A stretch of DNA of 64,000 nt from Botryllus schlosseri (Eukaryota). Of the stretch, positions 12,659 to 26,446 are shown piece after piece. The stretch's first letter is position 1, and every line of letters starts with the position of its first letter. The DNA lies in contig CM119372.1 of the NCBI GenBank assembly GCA_051294905.1, forward strand, positions 33,916,001-33,980,000. Direction: 5' to 3'. The translations under genes and the position numbers were made by a program. The notes under the pieces were generated by a model. It made no database searches, was not told the origin of the DNA, and worked only from the letters and a program-made list of their open reading frames with translations.

Positions 12659-13473
12659 CTATATAATCAATCATCATTCAACTGAATGTTACATAGATGC
12701 TATGAGCGTGGGCTGTATGTACGGCTAATCTATCACCTGATGCAAGCATCTCTCCACTCACAGATATATAGCAGCAGAATTGATCGAAATTTCTCATTCT
12801 CAATACCGGTACGGCATAGTACTTACTTAAATCGCTATGTTAAGAAATTTGCGGAAAGAATTCCAGATCTCGTGCTGCAACTCCATTACGACACTGGGAA
12901 CTGTGCCCAGAGAATTACCTCTGCATATGTTAACCTATATGCCAAGGATTCTTGACCTTTAAAAAGTCTTCATTTCAGCTCAGAATCGGCTTCGATGTGA
13001 TTTCAAACTTAAATAAAATAAATCACTACCGGTAGGCTACGTTTAGAAGCAATGAAATGTAAGCTTTTAGAGATATTGGCACCATAAATCGCGATAAGTC
13101 CAGGAAACTGTCTCAAAATCAAGTATGGTTAGGAATAGGATACGAATCATACGATTACCGATCCGATCTGGATTTCATCTTACGAAATAATGGCTCACTC
13201 AACACACTCAACCGAAAATTGCAGAAGTGCTGTGACAAAAGCAGAACGATAAATAGACTCTCGTGGGAGGGGATATACCGATGGGTATGGTACCCCTTAA
13301 GAAAATGTTATCCGATAAGAATGACGTCGCGTTAAATTCTCTATAGACAAAACATCGTGCAAATAAACAATAGACTATACCAGTATCTTCTGGAATGAAC
13401 TCAGTATGATGTAATATGGTGGATTTAAATAGTGATGTCAGTGATGTCGGCAATATCAGCGATATCACCATAC

Positions 13474-14315
13474 TAGGGATGGTGTGAACTTGAGGTTCAC
13501 GCTCGCGTTCTGTGTGTGAACCTCGGGAATTTAGTGGTTCGCGTTCACAACAGAACCTTGGTAGGTTCTGCACTGTGAACCTTTTTCATATATTACAATT
13601 TTCACTTCAATATGATAATTTTGGTTCGAATTTATTGCATTTCAACTGCGGGCCACTCTATGAATGACGCTGGCAGCATAAAAAATCAACACAAAACGAG
13701 CATGCACCTTGACAATCTCAAAGATTTTACTTGCTTTGTTACAAAAGTTTGCACCAAATTTCCAGCTTCCCGTTTATGAATATTTAGTGACTCTCTGCTG
13801 TGAGCTTGACCCGCAATCACACAATACCATGAGCGACATGCAGTACCTGTAGTCAGCGAATGATGCTTATTCAACGAATCAATGAGATCGATATCGCTTT
13901 TTGATGTAATAAATCTAGCAGTCAATCTTGACTTCATATGTTTACTGTATCGTTAAAACAAAATCCGTGCGATTGAGGCGTTGGCTACAGTTGTATCACT
14001 TGTGGTGTAGCCTAATATCGGTACCAAATATGGAAACATGTTTTACGCTCGGCCCAATATCAATGTAGCAATAGTCAGCCACCGAATACATTGTCCGGTC
14101 TGGCGAAGACCGTTAAGGCGTAAGCTTATATTCACTGGCAACTCGTCGTCGAAATTGTCGGCAAAGTGACGGATGATATTGATTTTATGGGAGTATCATA
14201 TCATTTGACTGCCTCAGTTGATACATATAGCGAGGTTTCAAACGCCACTATGTATTTAGGCATTCTGTCATTGTGTGGCCCGACTCGTCGCTAGATATCG
14301 TGTACATTAATATAG
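13474..14315. mobile_element. hAT MITE (TAGGGATGGTGTGAAC family), truncated
   Basis: Same terminus and interior as 17905-18886 (inverted) and 63331-64000. Confidence 0.85.
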
Positions 14316-14690
14316 TAGGCTTACCATACGTCCTCTTTCAAGAGGATTTGTCCTCTTTTTTTGACTTTTTTGAAAGTGTCCTCGGAGGACGCCCTTTTGT
14401 CCTCTTTTTTGAGATTTTGTCCTCTTTTTTGAAAATTTAGGTCAGATTTAGAGGAAATTGCGAGTGATATGCCGCAAATTAGCGCAGAAGTGAAGCTCCG
14501 GCGGGTATTTCGGAGGGTAAAGCGGCGGTCATATTAGCTCTGAGCGAAAAGAAGACCTTTTTTTTAGTCATCCACCTGGCAATGGGGAGAGAAAAACGTT
14601 ATTTTGAGCTCTGAGCGGAAGTGAAGACCTTTTTTTTTTAGTCAACCGATCACGAACAGAACAGGAACATGAACCAGGTTGATGACCTTT
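14316..14690. mobile_element. hAT MITE (TAGGCTTACCATACGTCC family), right end missing
   Basis: Closely matches 56841-57255 with TGTCCTCTTTTT repeats; no right TIR found. Confidence 0.8.
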
Positions 14691-15379
14691 TTCTGTGTCT
14701 ATTTGTAGTTGTATTGCTGCCATGTCTTTGTCATCGATGATCATTTTACACCATGCCGATATTACATATTTTGATTCCTGAGGTGCCAACTTTTAGCACT
14801 CTTTGGAAGACACTGCTTTTGCAGATCGGGGGACGAGTAGAAGCATACATTAACCTCCAACACCATGGAAGGCATTCACACCGCCGAGAAATGAACTAAT
14901 TTGGAAGTGATGCTCACGTTTACAAATTAGTATTGCCAGCTTAGCCATTCACATTGCGATTGTTAGGTATAGAGTGCCAGCACTGCAGGTAAAATGTAGG
15001 CTCAGGGCGCAACGCTATGTTGCAGGCGACAAATTCCAGAATTGAGAAGTAAAATTTATCAAATTATGTCAGTTACAAATTTCCCCGCCGCTGAGGTTTA
15101 TTATCCCGGTTTGATGGAACTACAATTGAACTGCGGGCGATTGCCAGTAATACTATTGAGGTAGACTATCCTCATAGGTGCTATTACACGATCTGCGTGG
15201 AAATGGGTTTAGCATCCACCTCTTCGCCTCTGTATTTGTTAGTAGCTATTGTGATTGGACTCTTCGATGCGACGGTTGATTACATCGACAATGCGTTAGC
15301 GGGCAGACTTTATTGTCGAACCAATCTTATGAAATTAAGCTCAGCCGGACATTTAAACGAGATCTTAGCAGGCCACTCA

Positions 15380-15776
15380 CAGATGTAATAACTGATAATT
15401 CAAAACTTCACACGGAAGCGGAGTAAGCTCTTCCGGCCTGCAATAGAATTGTAAAAATATATTTGGGAAGATTTGAAAACGATTCCCATGTCAAATGATA
15501 CCATTCGTAGACGTATTTGTGAGATGTCAACAGATATAAAAAGAAAACTCAAAGCAGAGAAAAGCCTACTCGTGTGCTCCGAAAAGGTGGAAGTAGCCTA
15601 CTTCGTCTGTGACCATGACCATCTCTGTAAGACTATGGTTGCCGCCCTGCTATACGCATTCTGGTAGTTCACCTGTGCCGTAAGCCCAATGAGTTCAGAA
15701 CCACTGTGCTAGTGTGCCGCGAACTATTTTTTATTTTCAAAGTGTGCCGCGCAGTCAAAAAGGTTGAGAACCACTG
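15380..15776 (+). pseudogene. hAT Charlie/Buster transposase remnant with right terminus
   Basis: Peptide KTIPMSNDTIRRRICEMSTDIK matches the LSNDTVxRRI motif; ends AAAAAGGTTGAGAACCACTG. Left boundary approximate. Confidence 0.7.
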
Positions 15777-15815
15777 GAGTAGTCTATTGAATCAGACACC
15801 CACCTTGGCCTAGCC

Positions 15816-17154
15816 CAGGGGTTCGCAGCCTGGGGGCGCGGGAGGCTCTCAGGGGGGCGCGAGAAATTGACGAAGTCAGCATAGGGGGGGGGCGCGAGAA
15901 ATTGACAAAGTCAGTATAAATTGTACGTGTCTAAACATTTGTTTCACATCCATTATGAGAAGACGATTAATGAAGATGAAATTTATTCCATATTCAAGAA
16001 AGCTTGCAACTCTAGCAACCACGCTCAACGGAGTATAGTCTGATTTCAACTTCATTTGAGCAAATTTTTGAAATTCTTTGGAGATAAAGAGAGCAATTCC
16101 CACGTGTAAGTCATTCATTGCTTCATAGCTTTGACAGTAGCCTAAAGCTTGTCGCGCTGGGCAGCTGCTGTTAGTAGCTTGCGAACTGCACTGCCTAAGA
16201 CAGACTTAGATGCAACATAGGTTGCCCGGTTTCGCCCTCAATTAGGCTATAAATCAACACAATTTAAATAATTTCCAAAACTGATCAAATTTAGCCTGGC
16301 AGGACAGAACGACGCCTTGTTCTCTGTACTCACTACCAGCATCAGGATTAGTCTCAGGGTGACCTACCTTGAAACTAATTAATGGATGTCTTGTTCAATG
16401 TTTTTTTGTTATTTTCAAACAAGTTTGGAGAAATTTGTCAGCAATGTAAAAGACTCAACAACTGGAATGCAGATTCAAAATTGGCGTAAGATATACCTTA
16501 TGTATATACTATTAGATCAGGGGTGGGCAGCCTGCAGCCGTAGAAGGGAATTTGAGCGGCCGTCGACGCCTAATTCAATTAGTATGTGTTGGCGCCCGTA
16601 GACATGGAAATTGCAATTACGAATTCACTCCCGCATTTTCGAGAGATTTTAATTAATCTTGAAATTTTCTTCGCCCTCGCGCAATTCAACAAGAATTCAT
16701 TTTCGATTTTAATGCAGCGCCCTTCTTAATCTGAGCCGGAATGGGAATTGGCAAGAAATAACAATTCGTTCGCGGCCCTGAAAAATTTTCGCGCTCCGCG
16801 CGACAATATGCACCTCCCGGCAACTATTCATAACATTGGCACTCGCTATTTCGGTGCGCACAATAGGCCATTGTGAAAAGTAGAATAGTCCGGAGTTCAC
16901 CGGGAATGGATATGGACAGTTTACCACCGGGACTTTGCGTCCAGATCGTTCATTGCGGCTATGCCCTGGAATGCGGCCTTACGCTACATAAGCAATCGAA
17001 ATGCGGCCATGATTATCAAAAACGTTGCCCACCTCTGTATCAGATGATGTGCTCTTTTTGACATGACGGTAAATGCAAGGCGGGTCAGGGGGGCGCAATT
17101 TTTTTGACCATCTCCAAGGGGGAGGCGCGTGTCAAAAAAGGTTGAGAACCACTG
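15816..17154. mobile_element. hAT (Charlie-type) non-autonomous element with a nested MITE fragment (~16518-16980)
   Basis: Ends CAGGGGTTCGCA / TGAGAACCACTG; flanks gcctagcc / gcctaggc; right end matches 44298-44460 inverted; nested piece matches ~757-845 inverted. Confidence 0.7.
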
Positions 17155-17904
17155 GCCTAGGCGATGTAAAGAGGTGGCATGCACACTGAATGAAAAGTAA
17201 AGAAGATAGTATAGTAAAAGGCAAGTGGCAAGAAATGAGGTGGCATGTCATGGAAGGCAAGATCGATAGGTCGAGTCGTCGTCTGGTAATGTTGTGGATG
17301 GACTAATATTCACTTAGTAGTAATTGCTTGTATTTCAACTTGAATGTGGACAATGGACATGTGGCTATCGAATCGAATGTAAACATTCACACCCAAAGGC
17401 CCGAAAAGGGTAGCACATGAAAACAGAACCTAACTCAGAATTAAATCGCAGTCATAAGTGCCTGCGTGCATACCTCCCTACGTTACTATGCATGCATGCA
17501 TGCCAGTGCTGAGATGACTCGAGTCATGACTTGACTTGACTCGAGTCAGACTCGAGTCAACTTTTTCGTATGACTTGACTTGACTCGAGTCACTTTGCAA
17601 AAATGACTTGACTTGACCTGACTCGGTGCTTCAGAAATGTGGATTGACTCGTGACTCAGAGCAAAATTTACGAGTCAATTTCAAGTCATCAGTAAGTAAA
17701 TGGTGTCGACTAAATCACTGTGTAAATTCATGTGTATAAAAATTATTCGCGATAGGCCGGTGGCACTTGTGAGAGCAACCATAGTCATTCACTTATTGTA
17801 CGTTTCAATGGTCCTCCCTTGTTACATCACAAATAAATTGGCCGCAAACGCAATGATCACAGCTTACGTTACCGTAGCCTTGGAGTCGACTATTATCAAA
17901 ATAC

Positions 17905-18886
17905 TAGGGATGGTGTGAACCTCTGAAAGGTTCGGGTTCGTGTGAACGCGAACCTTTTTGAAAGGTTCTGTGTGAACACGAACGTGAACCTCGTGACGTC
18001 ATATTGCTAAATCCAACCCTATCTTTCAATGAAGTGATAGCCTATATTAAAGTACACGATACCTAGCGAAGACTCGGGCCACATAATATCGCATTGCTGA
18101 AGTACAAATTGGCGTTTTAAACGTCGCTAAATGTATCAACCGCGGTTATCAAAGGATATAATAATCTCATAAAATCAATACATTCCGTCGCTTTGCCAAC
18201 AATTTCGACGAGGACTTACCAGGGGATATAAGCTTACGCCTTAATGGTCTTAGCCAGACCGGACAATGTATTCGGAGACTGAGTATTGCTACATTGATAT
18301 TGAGCAGAGTGTAAAACGGGTTTCTATACTTTCTACCGATACCATAAACAACAAGTTATATAGCAGTAGCCAGCACCTTAATCGCAGGAATTTGGTTTTA
18401 ATGATACAGTAAAGATATGAAATCGAGATTGACCCCGTACGCCCGCTCGATTTTATACATCAGTAAACGATATCAATGTCATAGATTGGTTGAATAAGCA
18501 TCATTCGCTGACTACGTATATCGCTCGTGATGTTGTGTGATTGCGGGTCAAGCTCACAGCAGAGAGTCACTAAATATTCACGAACGGAAAGCTGGATATG
18601 TGGAGAATTTTTTGGTAACAAAAAAGCAAGTAAAACTTTTAAGGTTGGCAGGGAGCATGCTCATTTGGTGTTGATTTTTTATGCTGCCAGCGCCATGCAT
18701 AGAGTGACCCGCAGTTGAAATGCAATAAATTTGAACCAAAGATCTTATAATAAAGTGCAAATTACAATTTACCAAAAAGGTTCACAGTGCAGAACCTACC
18801 AAGGTTCTGTTGTGAACGCGAACCTCTAAATTTCCGAGGTTCACACACAGAACGCGAACGTGAACCTCACGTTCACACCATCCCTA
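17905..18886. mobile_element. Complete hAT MITE (TAGGGATGGTGTGAAC family)
   Basis: TIR TAGGGATGGTGTGAAC / GTTCACACCATCCCTA; perfect 8-bp TSD CAAAATAC. Confidence 0.95.
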
Positions 18887-19056
18887 CAAAATACACCAAC
18901 CGAAACTCTGTCAACAAAAGCAATTCGTCTACCACCTAAAAATAGTACATTGGACGCTCTCTCATTCGAAATTTCATGGTGTGGTGACGTCATATTATGT
19001 GATACGAATGTTGATATACTATGTTCTTTCCAATTCTCTACTAGTTGCTGACGATT

Positions 19057-19090
19057 ACCCCTGACGAGTGTCAGCCGAAAATATTCGGGT
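19057..19090 (+). ncRNA. Minimal type I hammerhead ribozyme motif (Penelope-associated)
   Basis: ACCC-CTGACGA-gtgtcagcc-GAAA-ATATTC-GGGT: 4-bp stem I, CUGANGA and GAAA cores, palindromic AATATT stem III, UUC cleavage triplet; stem II imperfect. Confidence 0.75.
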
Positions 19091-20469
19091 TCATTTCAAT
19101 ATGAATGGCTGATAATAGTAGCCTGTAGCATAGCTATGTGGTGTGCGTCGTTTTTTAAGGCAACTTAACGATTTAATCACATAGCTAGCAAGATTCAAAA
19201 AAAAAAGTTTTTTTTGAACCGCCCTACAGTATACACTTACTCACGTATTTTATTATCAGCTCTACGTGGCGTGTGCGATACAACGCCTTTTTGCAGGTAT
19301 ATATAGCTTTATATTCGTTATTTGTTTCAAGATAATAATGGCTAATTAATCTGTCTTTCACACAGCTGGCAAAATGTTGCGACTTTGAATCATCACTCAT
19401 AGGCAGGCCGTGTTATTTTTGGCATATGCCAAAACTGCCAAAAATAACTTATTTTTGGCATTTTTCGATTTTTATTTTTGGCAGTTTTGGCATCGTCATC
19501 TAAATAGATAGTTTCAGACTCGAATTAGTCACAAAACGCTTCATTTGGGCTTGTTTGTCAAAAGACACCACACAATGTGCAGCACCCACGTTTAATCAGT
19601 GCCAACAAACAATAAGTACAGAAGAAAAAACCTAACGATCTCATAGGTTGATAATATCAAACGAAACCACAGAATATGCAGTATCCATCGGAATCGGTGC
19701 CAATAAGCAAAAAAAAGAAAGAAAAGCCTAACAAACACGCTCAACAGCTGATTGTTACAGCTGTTGAATAGACTGAAATCATTTGCACTGTAACAGTGCT
19801 TCCAAACTCAGGTCAGCTAAGTTTGTCCTAAATTCATTTCTCGCCCAGAGAATCTGGGAAATATCGGCTTCAACGGTACCCGCTGAGGGAAAGAATGTTG
19901 CCAGTCATCCACAAAAGTTTTTCAGAGCTTTAAAATCTTTGGAGGGCCGAACCGGCATCCATACATCATAAAAAGCGATCACTTCGCCCGTGCCATCGAT
20001 CTCATCGGGGAAAGAATTTTCTTCCCGATCCTTTTCCAGGAGTTTCCTGTGTTGTCTCTCAACACATTCTATTTAGTAGCCCGACTATCATTTCTCCTTC
20101 AGTCTACCGATATATTTTCGGAGGACTTTTGTCACTTCAGGTGGCTTTAATAGTACCAACTCGCATGGAAGAGTCCTGGGAGAGAGAGAGAGAGTCTTTA
20201 TTTTTCATCAAACCAAAATACATAACACTCGGCAGTGGTGGTGGTACAGAAAATATGCATGCACAGTATTCGGTATTAGATAGGAATGATCGATAAGACC
20301 GTGAGGGTCATCTAGTCTGATCACACCAGCATCAAACAGGTACACTTGACTCTAAACAGTCTGGCTGTAAAAAAAGTTACAGTAGTTAAAAAAATAAAAT
20401 AGAAGAAAAATTAAACGATGGTAGCAAATGATCAATGAAGCAATGTCTGGGCGAGGTATGGCAACAGTG

Positions 20470-21377
20470 TTAGTGTAACGATAAGAGGTGATCAAGTAGG
20501 GCTTTTTTGAATCTATCATAAGGCAATTCACGGATATGTGGTGGTAATGCATTCCAAATGATAGGTCCCGAGTAGTCGATAGATCTCTTAGTTAGGTTGC
20601 TATTGGGTGGGGGTAAGTAGATATTTCCCTTTGACGAGGATCTCGTGTAATGGGAATGGACATGTTTAGCAGGTATGAAAAAGTCATCAAACACAGGAGG
20701 CAGACTATTGGAAAAATATTTTTGAACAACTTTTGATACTTCGAAGCGATATAGCTCATCAACTCGCAAAATTCGATGCTTACGGTAGTAAGGCGATAAA
20801 TAGGTACGTAAAGGTACAGATGAGATCAGCCGTATCGCACGGTTTTGCAGGGTTCGAATTCTGCACAGAAATGTTTTGCATGCACTTCCCCATACTACGA
20901 TTCCATATTGCAGGTGAGAGTGGAAAAGAGAAAAATATATGGTTCGTAGTATTGATCTGGAAACCAAAGATTGCAGACGGGTCATTATTCCCACACACCG
21001 AGCTAGTTTTGATATTGTGCATTCAATATGCTGCTTCCAAGACATTTTAGCATCAATAGTGACACCGAGATATTTTGCTGAGTCACATATGGAGATTTGT
21101 TTATGATTGATGTTCACAGTGAAACTATGATTGGCATTATTTAAAAGGAGCATCTCGGTCTTATCTGCATTCAAGCTTAGTTTGTTTGCTTGGAGCCATC
21201 TCGACACTTTTGGGAGTTCCCTATTCACGGATGCATGCAAATCATTGCCAGTGTTAGAGGTTATGAAGAGGTGAGTATCATCAGCAAATAGGGTTGTGCG
21301 GAATAAAGATGCATTAACAATGTCGTTAATATAAATGAGGAAAAAAGTCGGTCCAAGGACTGAGCCTTGTGGGACTC
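20470..21377 (-). pseudogene. LINE ORF2, C-terminal part (RT GVPQGS and FADD motifs to stop)
   Basis: Open frame GVPQGSVLGPTFFLIYINDIVNASLFRTTLFADDTHLF...KYLGVTID...LLSLH*. Confidence 0.95.
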
Positions 21378-21383
21378 CACAAG

Positions 21384-21700
21384 AGTAGTAGTATAGATCG
21401 GTCGCGAACTAGCGTTGTGGCTTATGGCGGGGTCGCGATTCGCCGTGAAAACCCGGGGTGGCGATTCGCCTCTTATCTCTTATGGCGGGGCCGCGATTCG
21501 CCATGTGTTCTTATGGGTGCGGTCGTGATTCGCCCTTTCGGGTATAGGCTGCGGTCGTGATTCGCCGTGAAAACTCGGGGTCGTGACTCGCCTTTTTTGC
21601 TATAGGCGGTGGCGGTGATTCGCCTGTCGTGTATTCTTACGGGTTCTGTGGTGACTCGCCATGTGTTCTTATGGGTGCGGTCGTGAATCGCCCTTTCAGG
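21384..21700. repeat. GC-rich terminal segment with ~9 copies of GGTCGTGATTCGCC-like motif (mirror 34480-34796)
   Basis: Variants such as ggtcgcgattcgcc, gccgcgattcgcc, ggtcgtgattcgcc, ggtcgtgactcgcc, ggtcgtgaatcgcc; sharp switch to AT-rich DNA at ~21720. Confidence 0.85.
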
Positions 21701-24700
21701 CATCTCTCGCACGGTGTTGAATATGTATCAAGTGAATAGTCATATGAATGAACCTTGTTAATGTGTATATCGTAAATTATTATATATGATGTAGTTTAGT
21801 CGTGACAAATGACCGATCGTGTTCTAAGTGTTTCCTCGCTATTGATCCCTACGTAGCCTGAATAGCACGCCGACTTTCAGATCGGATTATTGACACCTTC
21901 GCTGTTTCACATCTACAGAATAGTCTGCTGTTCACAAACTAACACTCCAAAAAGGTGTGAAATATTGGTAAAATCCCGCGATCGCTCACAAGATAATACC
22001 TAAGACATAACCATCGCTCGCGACTCGCTGTTACATACATGCCGATCGTTGACAATGTAATATTTTGGTAATTGGTTTGCCACAGAGCCGGCGTAGACGG
22101 TGATTCGAATATCAACAATAGCCGCGTTCACAAACCAACACTTCAAAAACGTGTGAAATAGGTTACAAATCCCACGATCACTCACAAGATAACACCAAAG
22201 ACATAGCCATTTCTCGCGTCTTGTCATTACATACATCCCAATCGCTACAGTGTAATGTGTCGATGGTTGTTACTATCAAGTAATAAGTAATGAATAACAG
22301 TACCAGCGCAGACCGTGATTCGAAAACCAACAATTTGACATTTGCCCGCGATCGCTATATGTTTCACGCCTCCCGAATAGTGGCTGACTTTAGTTGCGTG
22401 ATAAGATCCATGAAAATATTCAATCAATGTGTTAGTTTGTCAACTTGAAATGTAACTCACTACACAAATCAAGTTGAATCGTATTTGAATGTATTGACTC
22501 GACCCAACTCAAATCCTTTGACAAATTCTATTAACGCAATCTGTTGAATCGAACGTAACCTGAATATTACTGACGCCAACATTCACCCACATCGGATCAT
22601 TCACACATTCCACGCCGCTGTTTTAACAGGTATAGAATCAATACAAACTATCTCTAACCCGATAATATTCAATCATTTTGGTAATTTACCAACTTTAAAT
22701 CCATTCGCGGATGTACTAAAGGTAAATCCAGATAATCCAAAATGAAATATTTGGACTTTGACATAGTCTGAATTGAAATAGATTGACAAACATGACTAAC
22801 AACTTTCAACCCAGTCATATTTAGAGATTATACGCACATTGATTCGAAACAAGTAATGAAACATTACAACTCTATTCGCGATCCGACTTTTCAATTGTCA
22901 AAGCGACATTTTAACATCTTACCATACTCAAAAGAATTATTCACAACAAACACCAGTGTTAAAAATCTAGTTTTCACTTACTTGATTATATCAGTACAAC
23001 TAGCAAACTTGAACTAATTCATCTGGTTGTATTCATATGACCGATAATTTTTATCCAACTGTAAAGTTCGTTACTATTCTGTAAAACAAAGTATTTACTA
23101 ATCGATCCATATACGACTTGACATAAACCTATTACATTTTGAATATACGATATTTGAATGTCTGAACAATAACTGAGAAATAATTATCACAAGTGAATCC
23201 ATATACGACAGCGTAAAAGATATTGGAATGTCAGCAACTCTTTACGGTCGTAGTTACTACCACATTAACTAATTTACCCGACCAACTCGTCATGATCATT
23301 CCTGAAATCAACACAAATATGACCACTGACTTGAGTTAACCACAAAACAGCATCAAGTTTTAAATCCACTTGTAGCTTACGGATTATTTGAATGCTGGTT
23401 ATGTTTTGTTGTAATTGAGTTAACGGAAATACTATTACGTCTCGACATCTGACCATCTTACCATATTCAAAGAATCAACCACGAAAACATTGTCAAGTAA
23501 ATCCGTTAACCGACCAACTCAACAGTATCAATATGAAAAACAGCCAAACATACACGAATCCATACAAGCACTAAAACCTAAAATCCATAACAAGCCTGGT
23601 TGTATTCATATCCCTACATGTCTTTTTTATTCAACTTGAAAAGTCGTTACTATTCTGTAAGACAAAGAAATTACTATGCGGTATATTTTGTAAGATAAAA
23701 GTAATTACTTCTCGGTGCCCGCGACTTGAGATTAACATAATATGTTTGAGTATGCGAGATTTGAAAGTCTGCCCAACATGTTGAGAATTCATTTCTTACA
23801 ATCGAACGCAGGTGTTATATTGAAAATTATCATGATGTAAACATAAGGATTGACACATTGATTTGACATATGTAATAGTTGATCATGACTTGCCTATTAA
23901 ATTATTTGCGTTAATTAGACCCGGCGTTGTGGTAAAGATTATTGTGACAGCAACAAACTTTTCAGTACCATTGTTATTAACATATTGAGTTGTAAACTAT
24001 GTGTGTCTAAAATGTTCTCGATTGGAAAATTATTCAGCCTTGGTACAAGCCACGCAGAGTATTGTGGATATCGGGAAATATTTTACAAATGTCTGCATTA
24101 AACAAGACTAAAGATGAAACAACAATTTCCTTTGTTGAACAATAACCGGGGCAATACTTTATTGTCGGTGAGAATGGAAACACTTTCGCGCATTACCTGG
24201 TGTCAAGATATCACACTTGGTGAATTGACATACCACCATTTGATTAATGCTTAATCCGTTCGCATCATTTCACACTCACTTTGATCATTACAAAAGTAAA
24301 TTGGAATATGTTTGTTAGGCACCACCTATTCAACTATACTTGAGTAATACAGAAACCTCTCAGCATTAATAAAATCGAAATGTGCGCTACACTGAAATCT
24401 ACAAAAATGTGTTTGTATTGCTGTTCGTAGTAGCGATATCGATTTGAACCTCCATCATCTAACCAAACTACTGAGAGTCGTTGTCAATTTACATGACGTT
24501 CACTGATTACATACTAGAACTATTTGTGCAGCACACACGATCAGAGAAATTGGAAATTTTCCCATTGCCATTTGTCAAAGTAAATGTCGTCACAATACTC
24601 AGTCACTAAAAGACCATATACTTGTATGTGATTGAATCACCAACAATTAACTCGCTAAATCAAATCGTAAGGCAATTTCACGCACTCAGCGGATATTACA

Positions 24701-26446
24701 CAACGTCGCTTTATCGGTGTGGGTCGTTTTTTCTAAATACAAATCATATCTGTCCAGTAGAAAACAATTTTCACGCACTTGGGTAATGAAACCAGTGTGC
24801 AATATCAATACAAGATATTTTCGTGACACAAAAAATAATCAACTTACTCGATATTCTCGTAAAACGAAACTGTACACAGGTTTCATGTTTTTTGTATGAC
24901 ACGGAATTAATACCGATCGAAGTAACTGTGTTGGAAATGACTTTCATACAAATACACTCTATGTGGTTAACATTCTCATCGATTCTACTGTGATCAATGT
25001 ATACTATATGTATTCTGGATTCATTTCGATATGGCTAAACATACAACCTCGACAGATACGAATTGTCACACACTCAAGTAATATCATACCAAATAGTTAT
25101 TTACAAGACGCAGAAAATTTGTTTTGGCCGTTTCGATTTTATTACTGGAGGTACTCATCACTTCGCTTAATACAATCTAGATTTAAACCCCATCGAACCT
25201 TTGGTGTCTATCGTTTTGCTGGATACGAATTATGTTAGTCTAACAGTAAACAATTTTCACAATCTTGGGTTATGAATTCAATGTGTTGGCGGTCATTCAT
25301 TATTTTGTTTGTATCAACTAGTTACTTTGTAGGGTATGAATGAGCACCCTCCCACAACTCTTACAAAAGTACGAAGGATATTTACATCACACAAAGTAGT
25401 CGACTTTACTTCATATCCTCACACTACGAAACCAAATGGTTGTTTAGACTCTACAAACTTTTTTACACGAATGGTCACACATCTAAATATTCAAATAATC
25501 CAACACATAACTATAGTACTTACAGAAATATCATAGTTCTTGTAACAAAGGTGTTTATCGTAAGTCCTACACAGTCATGATAGCCGTCCGAGTTTGACTT
25601 TTAGAAAATATTATATCGATACATCTTTCAAAAACAAAACCATGGTCACTGCTTGAGAGACCTGTCAATGATATCACAATAATACAGTTACTTCCACAAA
25701 AAAAAATATGTATTCGACTTACTTTCCACAAATCTAACACACAAAACAATTTACTTTGCTAACGAAAAGTGCTGAGTCATCATATGATTGTCCTCACAAC
25801 AATACAACTAAAACATACTATCATACAAAATGGTCGTTATAGTTTGCACCCCAACGGTACATCGTAAAAGTAACAAGTTTCAAGAATCGAGTTATTGAAA
25901 AACGTGAAAGTGTTTCTCCTGTGTCAAGTCGTTATGTTGATGAAAGTGTATATTGCAATATCATGATCAATTTGCATTCCTTGGTCACAAACTGTCACTA
26001 TACTCTAAATAATTATTTTTCACTCAAACACAAAAGCATACTAGTCACCATTCGTTTTCATCAAGTACGAGTTCAAGAAACTTACTTACTACGACATGAA
26101 TTGTTATTTTTATGTTGTGTAAATAGGTAATCGTTATTTTTAGTAACACTTTATCAATGTCATCGAGTTGTGCGAAAAGATTTTCATGTGGTCTTGCGGT
26201 TTTAATCGAAGCACACATCATGATCTAATGTAGAGTCGTCTCTATTGTACAACAACTCGGTAATCGAAATGCATGCATTAACATTTGATCAACGATCTTG
26301 TTTCGTCGCACCAAAAATATGTTCACTGTCACAATACTCTGCACAAGACGTGCAAATCCTTTTCACCCTCGTAATAGTATACCAACGACCACCGACGACA
26401 ACGTTTAACAATACCAACGACACTGGAAACACTGAACCCACGACAC

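Larger units (their letters stand above)
17877..19106 (+). mobile_element. Penelope-like retroelement 3' fragment (GIY-YIG C-terminus + 3' UTR), split by the MITE at 17905-18886
   Basis: Removing the MITE gives ALESTIIKI-HQPKLCQQKQFVYHLKIVH; aligns with 61347-61588 (inverted); contains a hammerhead motif. Confidence 0.8.
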
